Origin: Hormoscilla sp.
GTDB lineage: Bacteria; Cyanobacteriota; Cyanobacteriia; Cyanobacteriales; Desertifilaceae
DNA length: 64,000 bases
Direction of reading: 5' to 3'
NCBI GenBank assembly: GCA_051439505.1
Contig: JBFRWI010000053.1
Span: forward strand, 27,865 to 91,864
Shown here one piece after another: positions 1 through 8,404 of the stretch (the stretch's first letter is position 1; every line of letters starts with the position of its first letter). The notes under the pieces were generated by a model. That model ran no database searches. It worked only from the letters and a program-made list of their open reading frames with translations, and was not told where the DNA came from. A program made the position numbers and the translations under genes.

Positions 1-1520
1 TCCAACGCCAGATATAGATCTAATGCTGCCGTCCAGTATTTTTTGATCAACACCGGTCTATGCGTTTGACCAACTGACTGCCCCAATAGTTCTGGTGCTA
101 TTATATCATCTCTTGCTTCAGTTAAATTGATCTGAAATTTTTCATTAATTGTCTGGATCAATAGCTGAGGATTACTGACAATTTTGCTGAGGTTAGCTAG
201 CAGACAGCGATCGGGGACGCGATCGTAAAATTCCAGAATCTTTTGATTATAATGCATCCAGAGTTCCACGGCCTTTTCCGGGTAAGCGGCGATCGCCTCA
301 TCCGTCCCCCGGCGGTAAAGGGAGTCAACCACCTCCCAAGGCGATCGATAGACGAGGAGAAAAATACCATCTGGGAGTAACTGCAACCAGAAGTCCAAAA
401 ACAACGTCATCCTAGGATCCTTCCAACCCCAGAGGGAATGCACTCCCTTTTCCGAGATCAAGTCTTGGGCTATTTTAACATAGCGATCGGCCACAGGCAT
501 CTGGGTTTGAAAAGTTAGGCCATCGGCGTCCAGAGACTGCGATCGCAGAACCTGCTTGTGAAACTCCACAAAATCTACATCTTCAAAATGGCCTTTATCA
601 TTTCCCACATCTACCCCAACTAACCTATCTCCCAAATATACACCCGCACTACCGAGGAGAGAAGCCGTCAAAGATGTTCCCGAACGATGCATACCCGCGA
701 TCGCCAGCACTTTTGATTCCATTGCCGATCCTAAACCATCACTGCCTTTACCTATTATATATAAATCTTGGTGTCCGCACAATCCTTTTGGTCGTCGCTG
801 ATAACTTACCTCCCCTCCCGTCACTTGCTGAATCGCTTTTCTGACAAAGCTTTCCCGCACATAAGTTGTACCATATTCTTGCCCATCCAGGGACTGACTC
901 TCACTCTGGGGGATAAAATGAATTCCCCCTGCCATCTTACCAGGAAATAGGGTCCAGTCGTGGACGCTGAAAATTAATAATCCCCGATCGGACAGTAAAC
1001 TATATAGTTTTTGTAGCCAACTAGCAAATGTTTTTTCCGGAACATGGCTAAAAAAGGAACTTGCCAGAATCACATCAAACCGGTCGGTGGGATGATAATC
1101 TTGAGGGTTAGTCGTCGAAACTATGCCATTGACTCCAAATTGCCCTATTTGAAATTTTACCGCAGCGGCGTCAATGTCCGATACCCAAATTTTGGCAGGG
1201 GGCATTTCCTGGATCCCAAAGCGAGTCAAGCGTCCGTAACCGCAGGCAAAATCTAGGAAAGATTCCAGGCGATCGCATCCTCCCCTGTACCTGACGATTA
1301 TCTCCCGAACCACATCCATAATCCGACTACCATTTCTATAGTAGCGCAGGCCAGCTTCTGCCCGATCGCCCTTAGCATTATTTAAGGCATACAGATACAT
1401 TTCGTCCCGACTGCTAATTCCGGACTTAAATGCTTCTGGGTCCTTAACCTTCTCTCTAATAAACTCTTGAATAACCGAGTTACCCTCATCTGGATATAAT
1501 ATACCTTCTGACTCCATCAT
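1..1520 (-). CDS. Class I SAM methyltransferase-sulfotransferase fusion (runs off the left edge)
   Basis: Hand translation from ATG 1520 gives MMESEG..., then the SAM motif FLDFACGYGR. It continues in frame (1520-722=798) into MESKVLAIAGMHRSGTS...NDKGHFED...WGWKDPR, the PAPS-binding motifs. The ORF track misses it because its stop lies outside the window. Confidence 0.85.
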   Translation of the reverse strand, partial: MMESEGILYPDEGNSVIQEFIREKVKDPEAFKSGISSRDEMYLYALNNAKGDRAEAGLRYYRNGSRIMDVVREIIVRYRGGCDRLESFLDFACGYGRLTRFGIQEMPPAKIWVSDIDAAAVKFQIGQFGVNGIVSTTNPQDYHPTDRFDVILASSFFSHVPEKTFASWLQKLYSLLSDRGLLIFSVHDWTLFPGKMAGGIHFIPQSESQSLDGQEYGTTYVRESFVRKAIQQVTGGEVSYQRRPKGLCGHQDLYIIGKGSDGLGSAMESKVLAIAGMHRSGTSLTASLLGSAGVYLGDRLVGVDVGNDKGHFEDVDFVEFHKQVLRSQSLDADGLTFQTQMPVADRYVKIAQDLISEKGVHSLWGWKDPRMTLFLDFWLQLLPDGIFLLVYRSPWEVVDSLYRRGTDEAIAAYPEKAVELWMHYNQKILEFYDRVPDRCLLANLSKIVSNPQLLIQTINEKFQINLTEARDDIIAPELLGQSVGQTHRPVLIKKYWTAALDLYLAL

Positions 1521-1543
1521 CTACCGTTATCACTCCTCCGACA

Positions 1544-1681
1544 CAATACCTCTCAGTACCTCAAGGTTTTGGACATAGGTTGTCATTGCGAGGGGGGAAA
1601 CAACCGCGATCGACTTATGGCAAATTGAGTCAACCCCCCCCGAAGCAATCTCCCTGTTCCCTGCTATCCCTTGAAATCTTG
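1544..1681. mobile_element. MITE family A (CAATAC...GTATTG-type ends, GTCATTGCGAG REP cargo), inserted in the wzt 3' end
   Basis: Flanks TCCTCCGACA (1534-1543) and TCCTCCGACG (1682-1691); the interior is homologous to 44293-44416. Confidence 0.8.
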
Positions 1682-3030
1682 TCCTCCGACGCGAAACCCA
1701 AACTTGCTTCAATCTGAAAGTCGATCGTCCCATTGCCACATGATTTATCCTCTGATTTTACTCTAAAGATCGCTGCATCTATACAGCGGGCTAAGTAAAC
1801 GAATTCCCCATCCACCATACCAGATACTCCGGCATTCAAAAAATAAACTCCCGGGTGCAGCAGGCAGTGAAATCTAAATTTTACGCTTACCACTTGCTCG
1901 GCCTCAAAATCCATGATATCATGAAAAGAAGGAGAACAGGAAGCCCCTCCCAACTCCAATCCACTGACAGTTTTAATCAGCATGCCAAACCGGACATTCT
2001 GGGCGGGCTGCAAAAACTGAACTGCATAGCGGTAAAGGTACTCGCGACGCCCGACCAAATGATTTACCAGATGACCGGTGGCGATCGTAGTTATCCCGGG
2101 ATTGATGATTTTCGCCCCTCTGCTAATGTAGGATATCGTATTTTCCGGATTTAGGGAAGGATCGTAAAATTCTAGCATATCTTCGGCAATTTTACCATTT
2201 ATGTGGATATCCTTTGACCCCATCATTATTTTCTTCTCGCCCAGCAACTTTTCATTAGCTTGGCGGAGTTCTTGCCGTAAGGATGCTACCCGATCGCCCG
2301 GGGCATAAATTAACTCCTGATATTTAGAAACGACAAACTTAGGAGTGCCCTGCAAGATCAGTTCGCCTCCGTCCAAGAGGATAGCCCGATCGCACAATTC
2401 CACGATGGTAGCAGCAGCATGGGAGACAAACAAAATCGTTCCCCCCCGATCGCGAAGATCTTGAATGCGAGCAAAACACTTACGTTGGAAAGCTTCATCA
2501 CCCACGGAAAGGGCCTCATCCACTATCAAAATATCAGGTTCAGCGCTAGTAGCGACAGCAAAAGCCAAGCGAACGAACATGCCACTAGAGTAAGTTTTAA
2601 CAGGTTGTTCGAGGAAATCGCCAATATCAGCAAAACTAGCTATATCATCAAATTTACTCTCTATCTCCCGGCGACTTAGTCCCAAGAGTTGTCCATTAAA
2701 AAAGACATTTTGCCGACCGGTAAACTCCGGGTTAAAGCCGCTGCCAAGTTCCAAGAGAGCCGAAATTCTTCCTTTGACCTCAACTGTACCCGTAGTCGGC
2801 GTGAGAGTAGCAGCAATAATTTGCAGCAGGGTACTTTTCCCGGAACCATTGCGTCCGACAATACCCAGAGTTTGTCCTTTGGGAACTTCCAGATTCAGAT
2901 CCCGCAAAGCCCAAAACTTCTGTGCCAAACTTTTACCAGGCAGCAATATCTCTTTCAGGCGGTCCGCCGGACGGGCATAGCGCTGAAAGCACTTGGATAT
3001 TTTCTTTAGTGAAATGGCAATTTCACTCAT
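1630..3030 (-). CDS. wzt: Polysaccharide export ABC ATPase Wzt with C-terminal carbohydrate-binding domain
   Basis: Motifs GRNGSGKST, YSSGMFVRLAF and DEALSVGD, plus a Wzt_C-like tail; adjacent to wzm. Confidence 0.93.
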   Translation of the reverse strand: MSEIAISLKKISKCFQRYARPADRLKEILLPGKSLAQKFWALRDLNLEVPKGQTLGIVGRNGSGKSTLLQIIAATLTPTTGTVEVKGRISALLELGSGFNPEFTGRQNVFFNGQLLGLSRREIESKFDDIASFADIGDFLEQPVKTYSSGMFVRLAFAVATSAEPDILIVDEALSVGDEAFQRKCFARIQDLRDRGGTILFVSHAAATIVELCDRAILLDGGELILQGTPKFVVSKYQELIYAPGDRVASLRQELRQANEKLLGEKKIMMGSKDIHINGKIAEDMLEFYDPSLNPENTISYISRGAKIINPGITTIATGHLVNHLVGRREYLYRYAVQFLQPAQNVRFGMLIKTVSGLELGGASCSPSFHDIMDFEAEQVVSVKFRFHCLLHPGVYFLNAGVSGMVDGEFVYLARCIDAAIFRVKSEDKSCGNGTIDFQIEASLGFASEDKISRDSREQGDCFGGG

Positions 3031-3067
3031 ACAACTTGGATTTTATATCTCGTTACCAGGCTCAACC

Positions 3068-3231
3068 GGGCGTGGTCACAAGCAGTTGATAGTCATTTGC
3101 CGCCGATAACTGTAGGGGCGACTGGCAATAATTGCGCAAATGATGACATCACAAGATAGATGTTCGCGCCCGTTTGCAACGCCGGGGCCCCTCGCGAGGT
3201 CTCCCCGTACCAACTGTTTTTGACCACACCC
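3068..3231. mobile_element. MITE family B (GGGTGTGGTCA...TGACCACACCC ends)
   Basis: Ends GGGCGTGGTCACAAGCAGTTG and CAACTGTTTTTGACCACACCC match the copies at 36421 and 53219. No target duplication is visible on this copy. Confidence 0.65.
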
Positions 3232-3237
3232 TATAAA

Positions 3238-3934
3238 AACGTTCATCAGAGCGAAAAAACGTTCATTTGGGTTAGACGAACGTTTTTTTATGTTATCCGA
3301 ATGTCGTGAGGGACAAAATCAACGTTTCTCAGTGTTATCCTCACGTTCATCAAGAGGGAATCAACGTTAATCAGGACAAAATTAACGTTTTTTTTATGTT
3401 ATCCGAATGTCGTGAGGGACGAAATCAACGTTTCTCAGTGTTAGACCAACGTTCATCAAGAGGGAATCAACGTTAATCAGGACGAAATTAACTTTTTTTA
3501 TGTTATCCTCACGTCGTGAGGGACTACATCAGCGTTTCTCAGTGTTATCCTCACGTTCATTAAGAGGGAATCAACGTTAATCAGGACGAAATTAACGTTT
3601 CTTTATGTTAGACCAACGTCGTGAGGGACGAAATTAACGTTTCTTTATGTTAGACCAACGTTCATCAAGAGGGAATCAACGTTAATAAGGACGAAGTCAA
3701 CGTTTCTTTATGTTATCCTCACGTCGTGAGGGACGAAATTAACGTTTCTCAGTGTTATCCTCACGTTCATCAAGAGGGAATCACGTTCATCAAGAGGGAA
3801 TCAACGTTAATCAGGACGAAATCAACGTATCTTTATGTTAGACCAACGTATCTTTATGTTAGACGAACGTTGATTTATGTTAGACAAACCTCCCTTTGGG
3901 TTAGACAAACCTCCCTTTGGGTTAGACAAACGTT
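3238..3934. repeat. Array 1 of 21-bp units phased on AACGTT, with a 105-bp (5-unit) higher-order period
   Basis: About 33 units. Unit ACGTTTCTCAGTGTTA recurs at 3322, 3428, 3532 and 3742. Confidence 0.92.
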
Positions 3935-4000
3935 TAGATCGGCAATATAAGCGCTTGTAGGATCTGCATCATTAGTACATTATTAAACCGTACCCTGGGA

Positions 4001-4801
4001 CTAGAGGACATCAGCAAAAGCTGGGCGCAGGCGTTGATAAACCCAGAATCCACCGGAGAAAATAACGACAGAGACAACAGTGGCGATCGCCCATTCAGCC
4101 ACATGCTCCACCCGTCCGGTGAGAATCAGGTCGCGATAGACCTGAACGATCGCCGCCAGGGGGTTAAGCCAAAGTACCCAGGCCCGCCAAGGTTCGGGAA
4201 TCACATTAGCAGGATAGACGATCGGGGTGACATAGAACCAGAGATTAGTCAGGACCGCCAGGGTTTGGGGCACATCCCGGAGAAATACAGTCAATCCAGC
4301 GGCCAAGTAACCCAGACCCACGGTCAGCAACAGCTGGGGCAACCAGACCAGGGGCAAAAGCCAGATAGTACCATGAAGGGTCTGGGAGAACAAGCCAGTG
4401 AAGACAATTAAGGCCAGCATTCCCAATCCACTTTCAATAAAAGCCGCAAAAATTGGCACCAGAGGCAGCAAGGCCAAAGGAAAGACCACCTTCTTGACCA
4501 AATTTGGCTGCGCGATCGCAGAAGTAGACGCCTGCAATAACCCAGTAATAAAGGTCGTCCAAGGCAGCAAGCCGGCGAACAGCCAGAGGCCAAAGGTGAA
4601 ATTGTTCGCCGGTACGCCAGCCAAACTGAGCTTCACCTTCAGGACGATCGAGAAGACATAGGTATAGATCAGCAACTGTGATAGCTGGTTCAACAAAGGC
4701 CATAAATTACCCAGAACCGAACCCTTGTATCGGGCTTCCAAATCCCGCTGCACCAGAGTCAGCAGCAGGTTAGCTTTCGGCGACCACCGGTTATAAGTCA
4801 T
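4001..4801 (-). CDS. wzm: Polysaccharide export ABC permease Wzm
   Basis: Motifs RDLEARYKGSVLG, NLVKKVVFP, FYVTPIVYP and LNPLA; hydrophobic. Confidence 0.93.
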   Translation of the reverse strand: MTYNRWSPKANLLLTLVQRDLEARYKGSVLGNLWPLLNQLSQLLIYTYVFSIVLKVKLSLAGVPANNFTFGLWLFAGLLPWTTFITGLLQASTSAIAQPNLVKKVVFPLALLPLVPIFAAFIESGLGMLALIVFTGLFSQTLHGTIWLLPLVWLPQLLLTVGLGYLAAGLTVFLRDVPQTLAVLTNLWFYVTPIVYPANVIPEPWRAWVLWLNPLAAIVQVYRDLILTGRVEHVAEWAIATVVSVVIFSGGFWVYQRLRPAFADVL

Positions 4802-4819
4802 TCCTAGTCAGCACTAATG

Positions 4820-4880
4820 GTTCGTAGTAAGACACACTTTACGGCTTACTGGCTTGAGGACTAAAGTCCTCACTACGAAC
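4820..4880. repeat. REP-like palindrome family (GTTCGTAGTRAGGACT...AGTCCTCACTACGAAC); also at 9769-9836, 42810-42834 and 44482-44506
   Basis: Recurrent GTAG-type hairpin at gene ends, present in both orientations. Confidence 0.75.
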
Positions 4881-5106
4881 CTGTACGATCAAATAATGAT
4901 AAATTTTCAATTATAAACCGTAAATAGGCGGTTGGGCTTATGAGAGAATTGCTTAGGGGTGAGGTCGATGCCCTAGATCAGAAAGAGCACCGACGACTGG
5001 CCGTGTTTCGTCTCGGTGCCCTCACTGGTTCGCTCCTCACACGGTTCCTACTATAACCCACTTCCAAAGATTTGTCACCCCCGATCGCAATTTTTTTGGA
5101 TAAATC

Positions 5107-6045
5107 TTAAATTTCGCTGGGAGCAAAAACGCCCAAAACCTCTGACAGCAACAATTTCAGCATTTTCTGAACTGCTAAAATTAGTCCCAATCTCGCAGTC
5201 GCCAACTCCGGTTTCTGGGTTTTTACCTCCCCCCAAATCCGACAATCTCTCTCAAAAGTCAGGAAACTCTGACTTAATAACTGGACTAATTGGACAGCGG
5301 TGCGGACTTGGGGTAGACGATCGGGACAACAAAGTGCATCCACCGTTGTTAACAACCGGTCAATCAACTGGCGTTCGGCTGGATGCACCAGTCGTAGTTG
5401 TCCCTCGCCAGTGAGCCAGTCAATGGGCCCGATCGCCCGCCAGAGGAGTGTCGCCGGCGGTGGGTTGGGCTCCAGGGCGATCGACCCCGATCGCTCGCCG
5501 TTCCGCAGCAGGGAGCAACAGCGCGCATGAGCATATTGCCACAGAAATACATTGGTAGCGAGTAGTTGATTTCGGTCAGACCGGACCAGGCCAACCCACT
5601 CGGAACTGATTGGGACTGAGGTTTGTGTAAAAAATTGCAGCCAATGGGCTAAACTAGAATCTCCCAGGCTCACCTGAATCCAACCAGGACTCGCTACTTC
5701 GATAGTGAAATCATCCCCAAAAGCCTCTCGTAACCCGTATTCCAGATGGGTGACGTATGACTGGGCTAGGTCCAGGGGTCTCAGCTGTCGGGAGCGGGCT
5801 AGTCGGAGGGCGATCGCCGACCTGTAGAGGATGCTAGCACCATCGTCATAACCCTCCCAGACCATAGCCTTGAGGGGATCCCGGTCAGAGGAAGTCCGTG
5901 TAATATTCTGTAGGTCGATCGCCTGCAAAAGCCGATCGAGTAGCAGACACTTAAAAGCAGGACATGCAGCAGTAGGGAAAACCCTCCGAGTTAATGGCTG
6001 TTCCGGGAGACAGGGCCGGGACGTAGAAACCACTGATTTACACAA
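5107..6045 (-). CDS. DALR anticodon-binding domain protein (ArgRS-like, no catalytic domain)
   Basis: Motifs PGWI, QYAHARCCSLL and ARLGL...LGV.AP..I. Confidence 0.85.
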   Translation of the reverse strand: MCKSVVSTSRPCLPEQPLTRRVFPTAACPAFKCLLLDRLLQAIDLQNITRTSSDRDPLKAMVWEGYDDGASILYRSAIALRLARSRQLRPLDLAQSYVTHLEYGLREAFGDDFTIEVASPGWIQVSLGDSSLAHWLQFFTQTSVPISSEWVGLVRSDRNQLLATNVFLWQYAHARCCSLLRNGERSGSIALEPNPPPATLLWRAIGPIDWLTGEGQLRLVHPAERQLIDRLLTTVDALCCPDRLPQVRTAVQLVQLLSQSFLTFERDCRIWGEVKTQKPELATARLGLILAVQKMLKLLLSEVLGVFAPSEI

Positions 6046-6319
6046 AACAATTTTTCCTTGGTCGAGAACAGGTATTTTTTGCTACTCTATTAATGGGACA
6101 AATGATGAATAAAAGGCTTCCCAGGGCTATATATATCTGGGTAAGTTCTATCCGGTGCCGTGTTTCCTAAAAGACACAACCCCAGACACCGGGCGTTATT
6201 TGCCTTCTTTGATTGTAGCTCATTACCCCTTGGAACTCTACCGATTTCCGATGGGCGCAGCACTGCCGGTTGTGGGTTAACAACCTTCTATACCATCCTA
6301 CCTTTACAATTGGTCGCTT

Positions 6320-7030
6320 ATGTTATCACTTTCTCCAGAATCAGAGACATCTCGGCCCTTTTTAACTTGGCAACGAATTATTGACTGGGCCCAAGAACAT
6401 TACAGGTGTCGCAATTTTAACAAAGATGATAAAGTTCCCGTGCGCCCAGGATTACTCTATTTAGTACAACGGGGTGCTGTCCGACTGGTAAGCATTTCCC
6501 AAGTCAGTGCCTCTGCTACTAGCACCTCCTCGCGATTCACTCGCCATCGAGATAGCGACTGGACCCCAGAAGAATCTTTTTTAGGTTTTGTTGGAGCTGG
6601 ACAGCCTTTTGAGATTGTAGCACAGTCGCCCTTTACTATTCAAAGTTATGCCCATATAGACAAAACCTCTGTGGTGTGGATGTACTGGAACGATTTGGAT
6701 AACTGGCCTCACTTCCGCCGAGAGGTGATGGATGCTTTTCGCTATCAGCACCAGCGGAAGCTGTTATGGTTGAGTACCCTGGGACAACGGCGTACTATTG
6801 ACCGACTCTTAGGATTTCTCACCCTGTTGGTTGAGGAATACGGCGAATCCTGCGACAAAGGTTATTGTCTGCCTTGGTCTTTAACTCATGCCCAAATTGG
6901 TAGCGCCATTGGTTCTACTCGCGTGACTGTTACCCGCTTGATGGGCAAGTTGCGATCGAAGGGTTTAATCCGCACTGAGGGAGATAATCAGATTTGTTTA
7001 CCCACCCCTGATAATGCTGACTCTCGGTAA
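6320..7030 (+). CDS. devH: Crp/Fnr-family transcriptional regulator, DevH-like
   Basis: N-terminus RPFLTWQRIIDWAQEHYRCR; HTH LTHAQIGSAIGSTRVTVTRLMG. The Crp/Fnr call is strong; DevH orthology is from recall. Confidence 0.8.
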   Translation: MLSLSPESETSRPFLTWQRIIDWAQEHYRCRNFNKDDKVPVRPGLLYLVQRGAVRLVSISQVSASATSTSSRFTRHRDSDWTPEESFLGFVGAGQPFEIVAQSPFTIQSYAHIDKTSVVWMYWNDLDNWPHFRREVMDAFRYQHQRKLLWLSTLGQRRTIDRLLGFLTLLVEEYGESCDKGYCLPWSLTHAQIGSAIGSTRVTVTRLMGKLRSKGLIRTEGDNQICLPTPDNADSR

Positions 7031-7135
7031 TATTAATTGTTAGTTGTCAATGCTCACCTTATCCTGTTAAATGTCGGGTGGGCATTGCCAGCATTACCCA
7101 CCTTTGCCTCGGGCTACTGGTAGCAGTATCGGCAG

Positions 7136-7480
7136 TTATTCCCATTCCAGAGTCAACTTAGGCATGAGGCGCTTCAAGTTCTTCAAGGACTTGCCCTGCC
7201 AGGGAATGCCTTCAGAGCCTTGTACCAAGATGGTAACATTTTTTTTCGGACGTACCTTGATGACAAACTTCGAGAGCATACTGATGCCAGAACTATTGAG
7301 AAATTCTAGCTGACGTAGGTCGAGCGTAATCTGCGGCGGCTCATTCTCAGCCATCTGATTAAGCAACTCGACAATTGGCCTATACTCCTCCATCCCGCTG
7401 AGTCGGAGCGAACCAGTAAATTTCACAGTCACAGTTTCCGATTCGTAACAGATATTGTAGTCTTCGGTTTTAATCTCCAT
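7136..7480 (-). CDS. Slr1659-like STAS / anti-anti-sigma-type regulator
   Basis: Motifs LDLRQLEFLNSSGISML and IPWQGKSLKNL. Confidence 0.85.
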   Translation of the reverse strand: MEIKTEDYNICYESETVTVKFTGSLRLSGMEEYRPIVELLNQMAENEPPQITLDLRQLEFLNSSGISMLSKFVIKVRPKKNVTILVQGSEGIPWQGKSLKNLKRLMPKLTLEWE

Positions 7481-7513
7481 TTCCCCTCCTTAGACGTTAT
7501 TGGCACAAAGAGT

Positions 7514-8095
7514 CTATACAGTCAATTGCACCATTGTAGTCACGGCGATCACTTCCGGGTCTTTTTGGACAGTCTCAAACTTCCAGCCGATCCTCGCCAT
7601 ATAATCATTCATCATTGTCAGGTAGCCTAGCTTAGAGGAGGTATTGTTCTCGTCTAGAGCCTGTTGCTCTAACTGACGAATATACAACTCTTCGGGGTCT
7701 TCTGTTGTTAACTGCTTGATGTATGCCTGAAATTCCTGGACTTGTTGAGGATCGACGCTGTTAGCGATCGCGAACACCAGTTGATCGTTCTGCATTTGCA
7801 GTCTAATGCTAATGGGGTGTTGCGAGGTAGGATCGTTAAACTTCATGGCATTTTCTAATAACTCATTAGCAATGTAGCTAACAGCACCTTTAATCTCTGC
7901 TTGCCTGTTTTTCTTTGCAGTATCCTTTTCATCGCCCGGAAAGAATGTTGTCAAGTAGTCACCTAGAAAATCAGCGGACAAGCCATTGTTTCGCCATCTT
8001 TGCTTTAGGGGCACCGAACTAGGCGAAAATCCAATTATCAAGTATTCCGGACTCAAGGGCATACCTTCAATGAAGTCGCCGAATATTTCAGTCAT
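7514..8095 (-). CDS. Slr1658-like HATPase / anti-sigma-type regulator
   Basis: Motifs RWRNNGLSADF, NELLENAMKF (N-box) and SKLGYLTM; paired with the STAS gene. Confidence 0.85.
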   Translation of the reverse strand: MTEIFGDFIEGMPLSPEYLIIGFSPSSVPLKQRWRNNGLSADFLGDYLTTFFPGDEKDTAKKNRQAEIKGAVSYIANELLENAMKFNDPTSQHPISIRLQMQNDQLVFAIANSVDPQQVQEFQAYIKQLTTEDPEELYIRQLEQQALDENNTSSKLGYLTMMNDYMARIGWKFETVQKDPEVIAVTTMVQLTV

Positions 8096-8104
8096 AATTC
8101 ATCC

Positions 8105-8255
8105 TCAAACTCCAACTACCTGTTGCTGGCCGATATGCGATCGCACGTCATCTATAACTGCTTGCCTGATTTGGTCAGCCGACCCTTGGCAGCGTTCTCT
8201 GACTACCGCACTGTTCTCGCCCATATTGTACTTTATGATAGCGGTTTTCACTCTT
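8105..8255 (-). pseudogene. C-terminal remnant of a SpoIIE/PP2C phosphatase
   Basis: Reads ENRYHKVQYGREQ, a frameshift, then AVVRERCQGSADQIRQAVIDDVRSHIGQQQV*. It sits directly upstream of the slr1658/1659-like pair. Confidence 0.65.
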
Positions 8256-8264
8256 ACGTGAGGT

Positions 8265-8325
8265 ACATCAACGATCCCCGATCCTGATGATTGGCCTATT
8301 GTAGCAACAGCTTTGGCGTTCCCAC
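8265..8325 (+). pseudogene. Fragment of a PIN-domain toxin
   Basis: Frame reads PDPDDWPIVATALAF, a typical PIN motif; no start or remaining domain. Confidence 0.45.
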
Positions 8326-8404
8326 AAGAGGTGAGAAATCTTTACTTGGGCGATCGTAATACTCCATATACTACAGATGAGAGCATATTGGCCAACAGTA
8401 TCCG

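Noticed and set aside
3238..3934. CRISPR array
   Set aside because: There is no invariant 23-47 bp repeat with unique spacers, the intervening sequences themselves recur, and no cas genes are present. The same applies to 18107-18765.
3726..3950. 74-aa ORF within array 1
   Set aside because: It is a by-product of the 21-bp periodicity, covers only part of the array and has no evident RBS.
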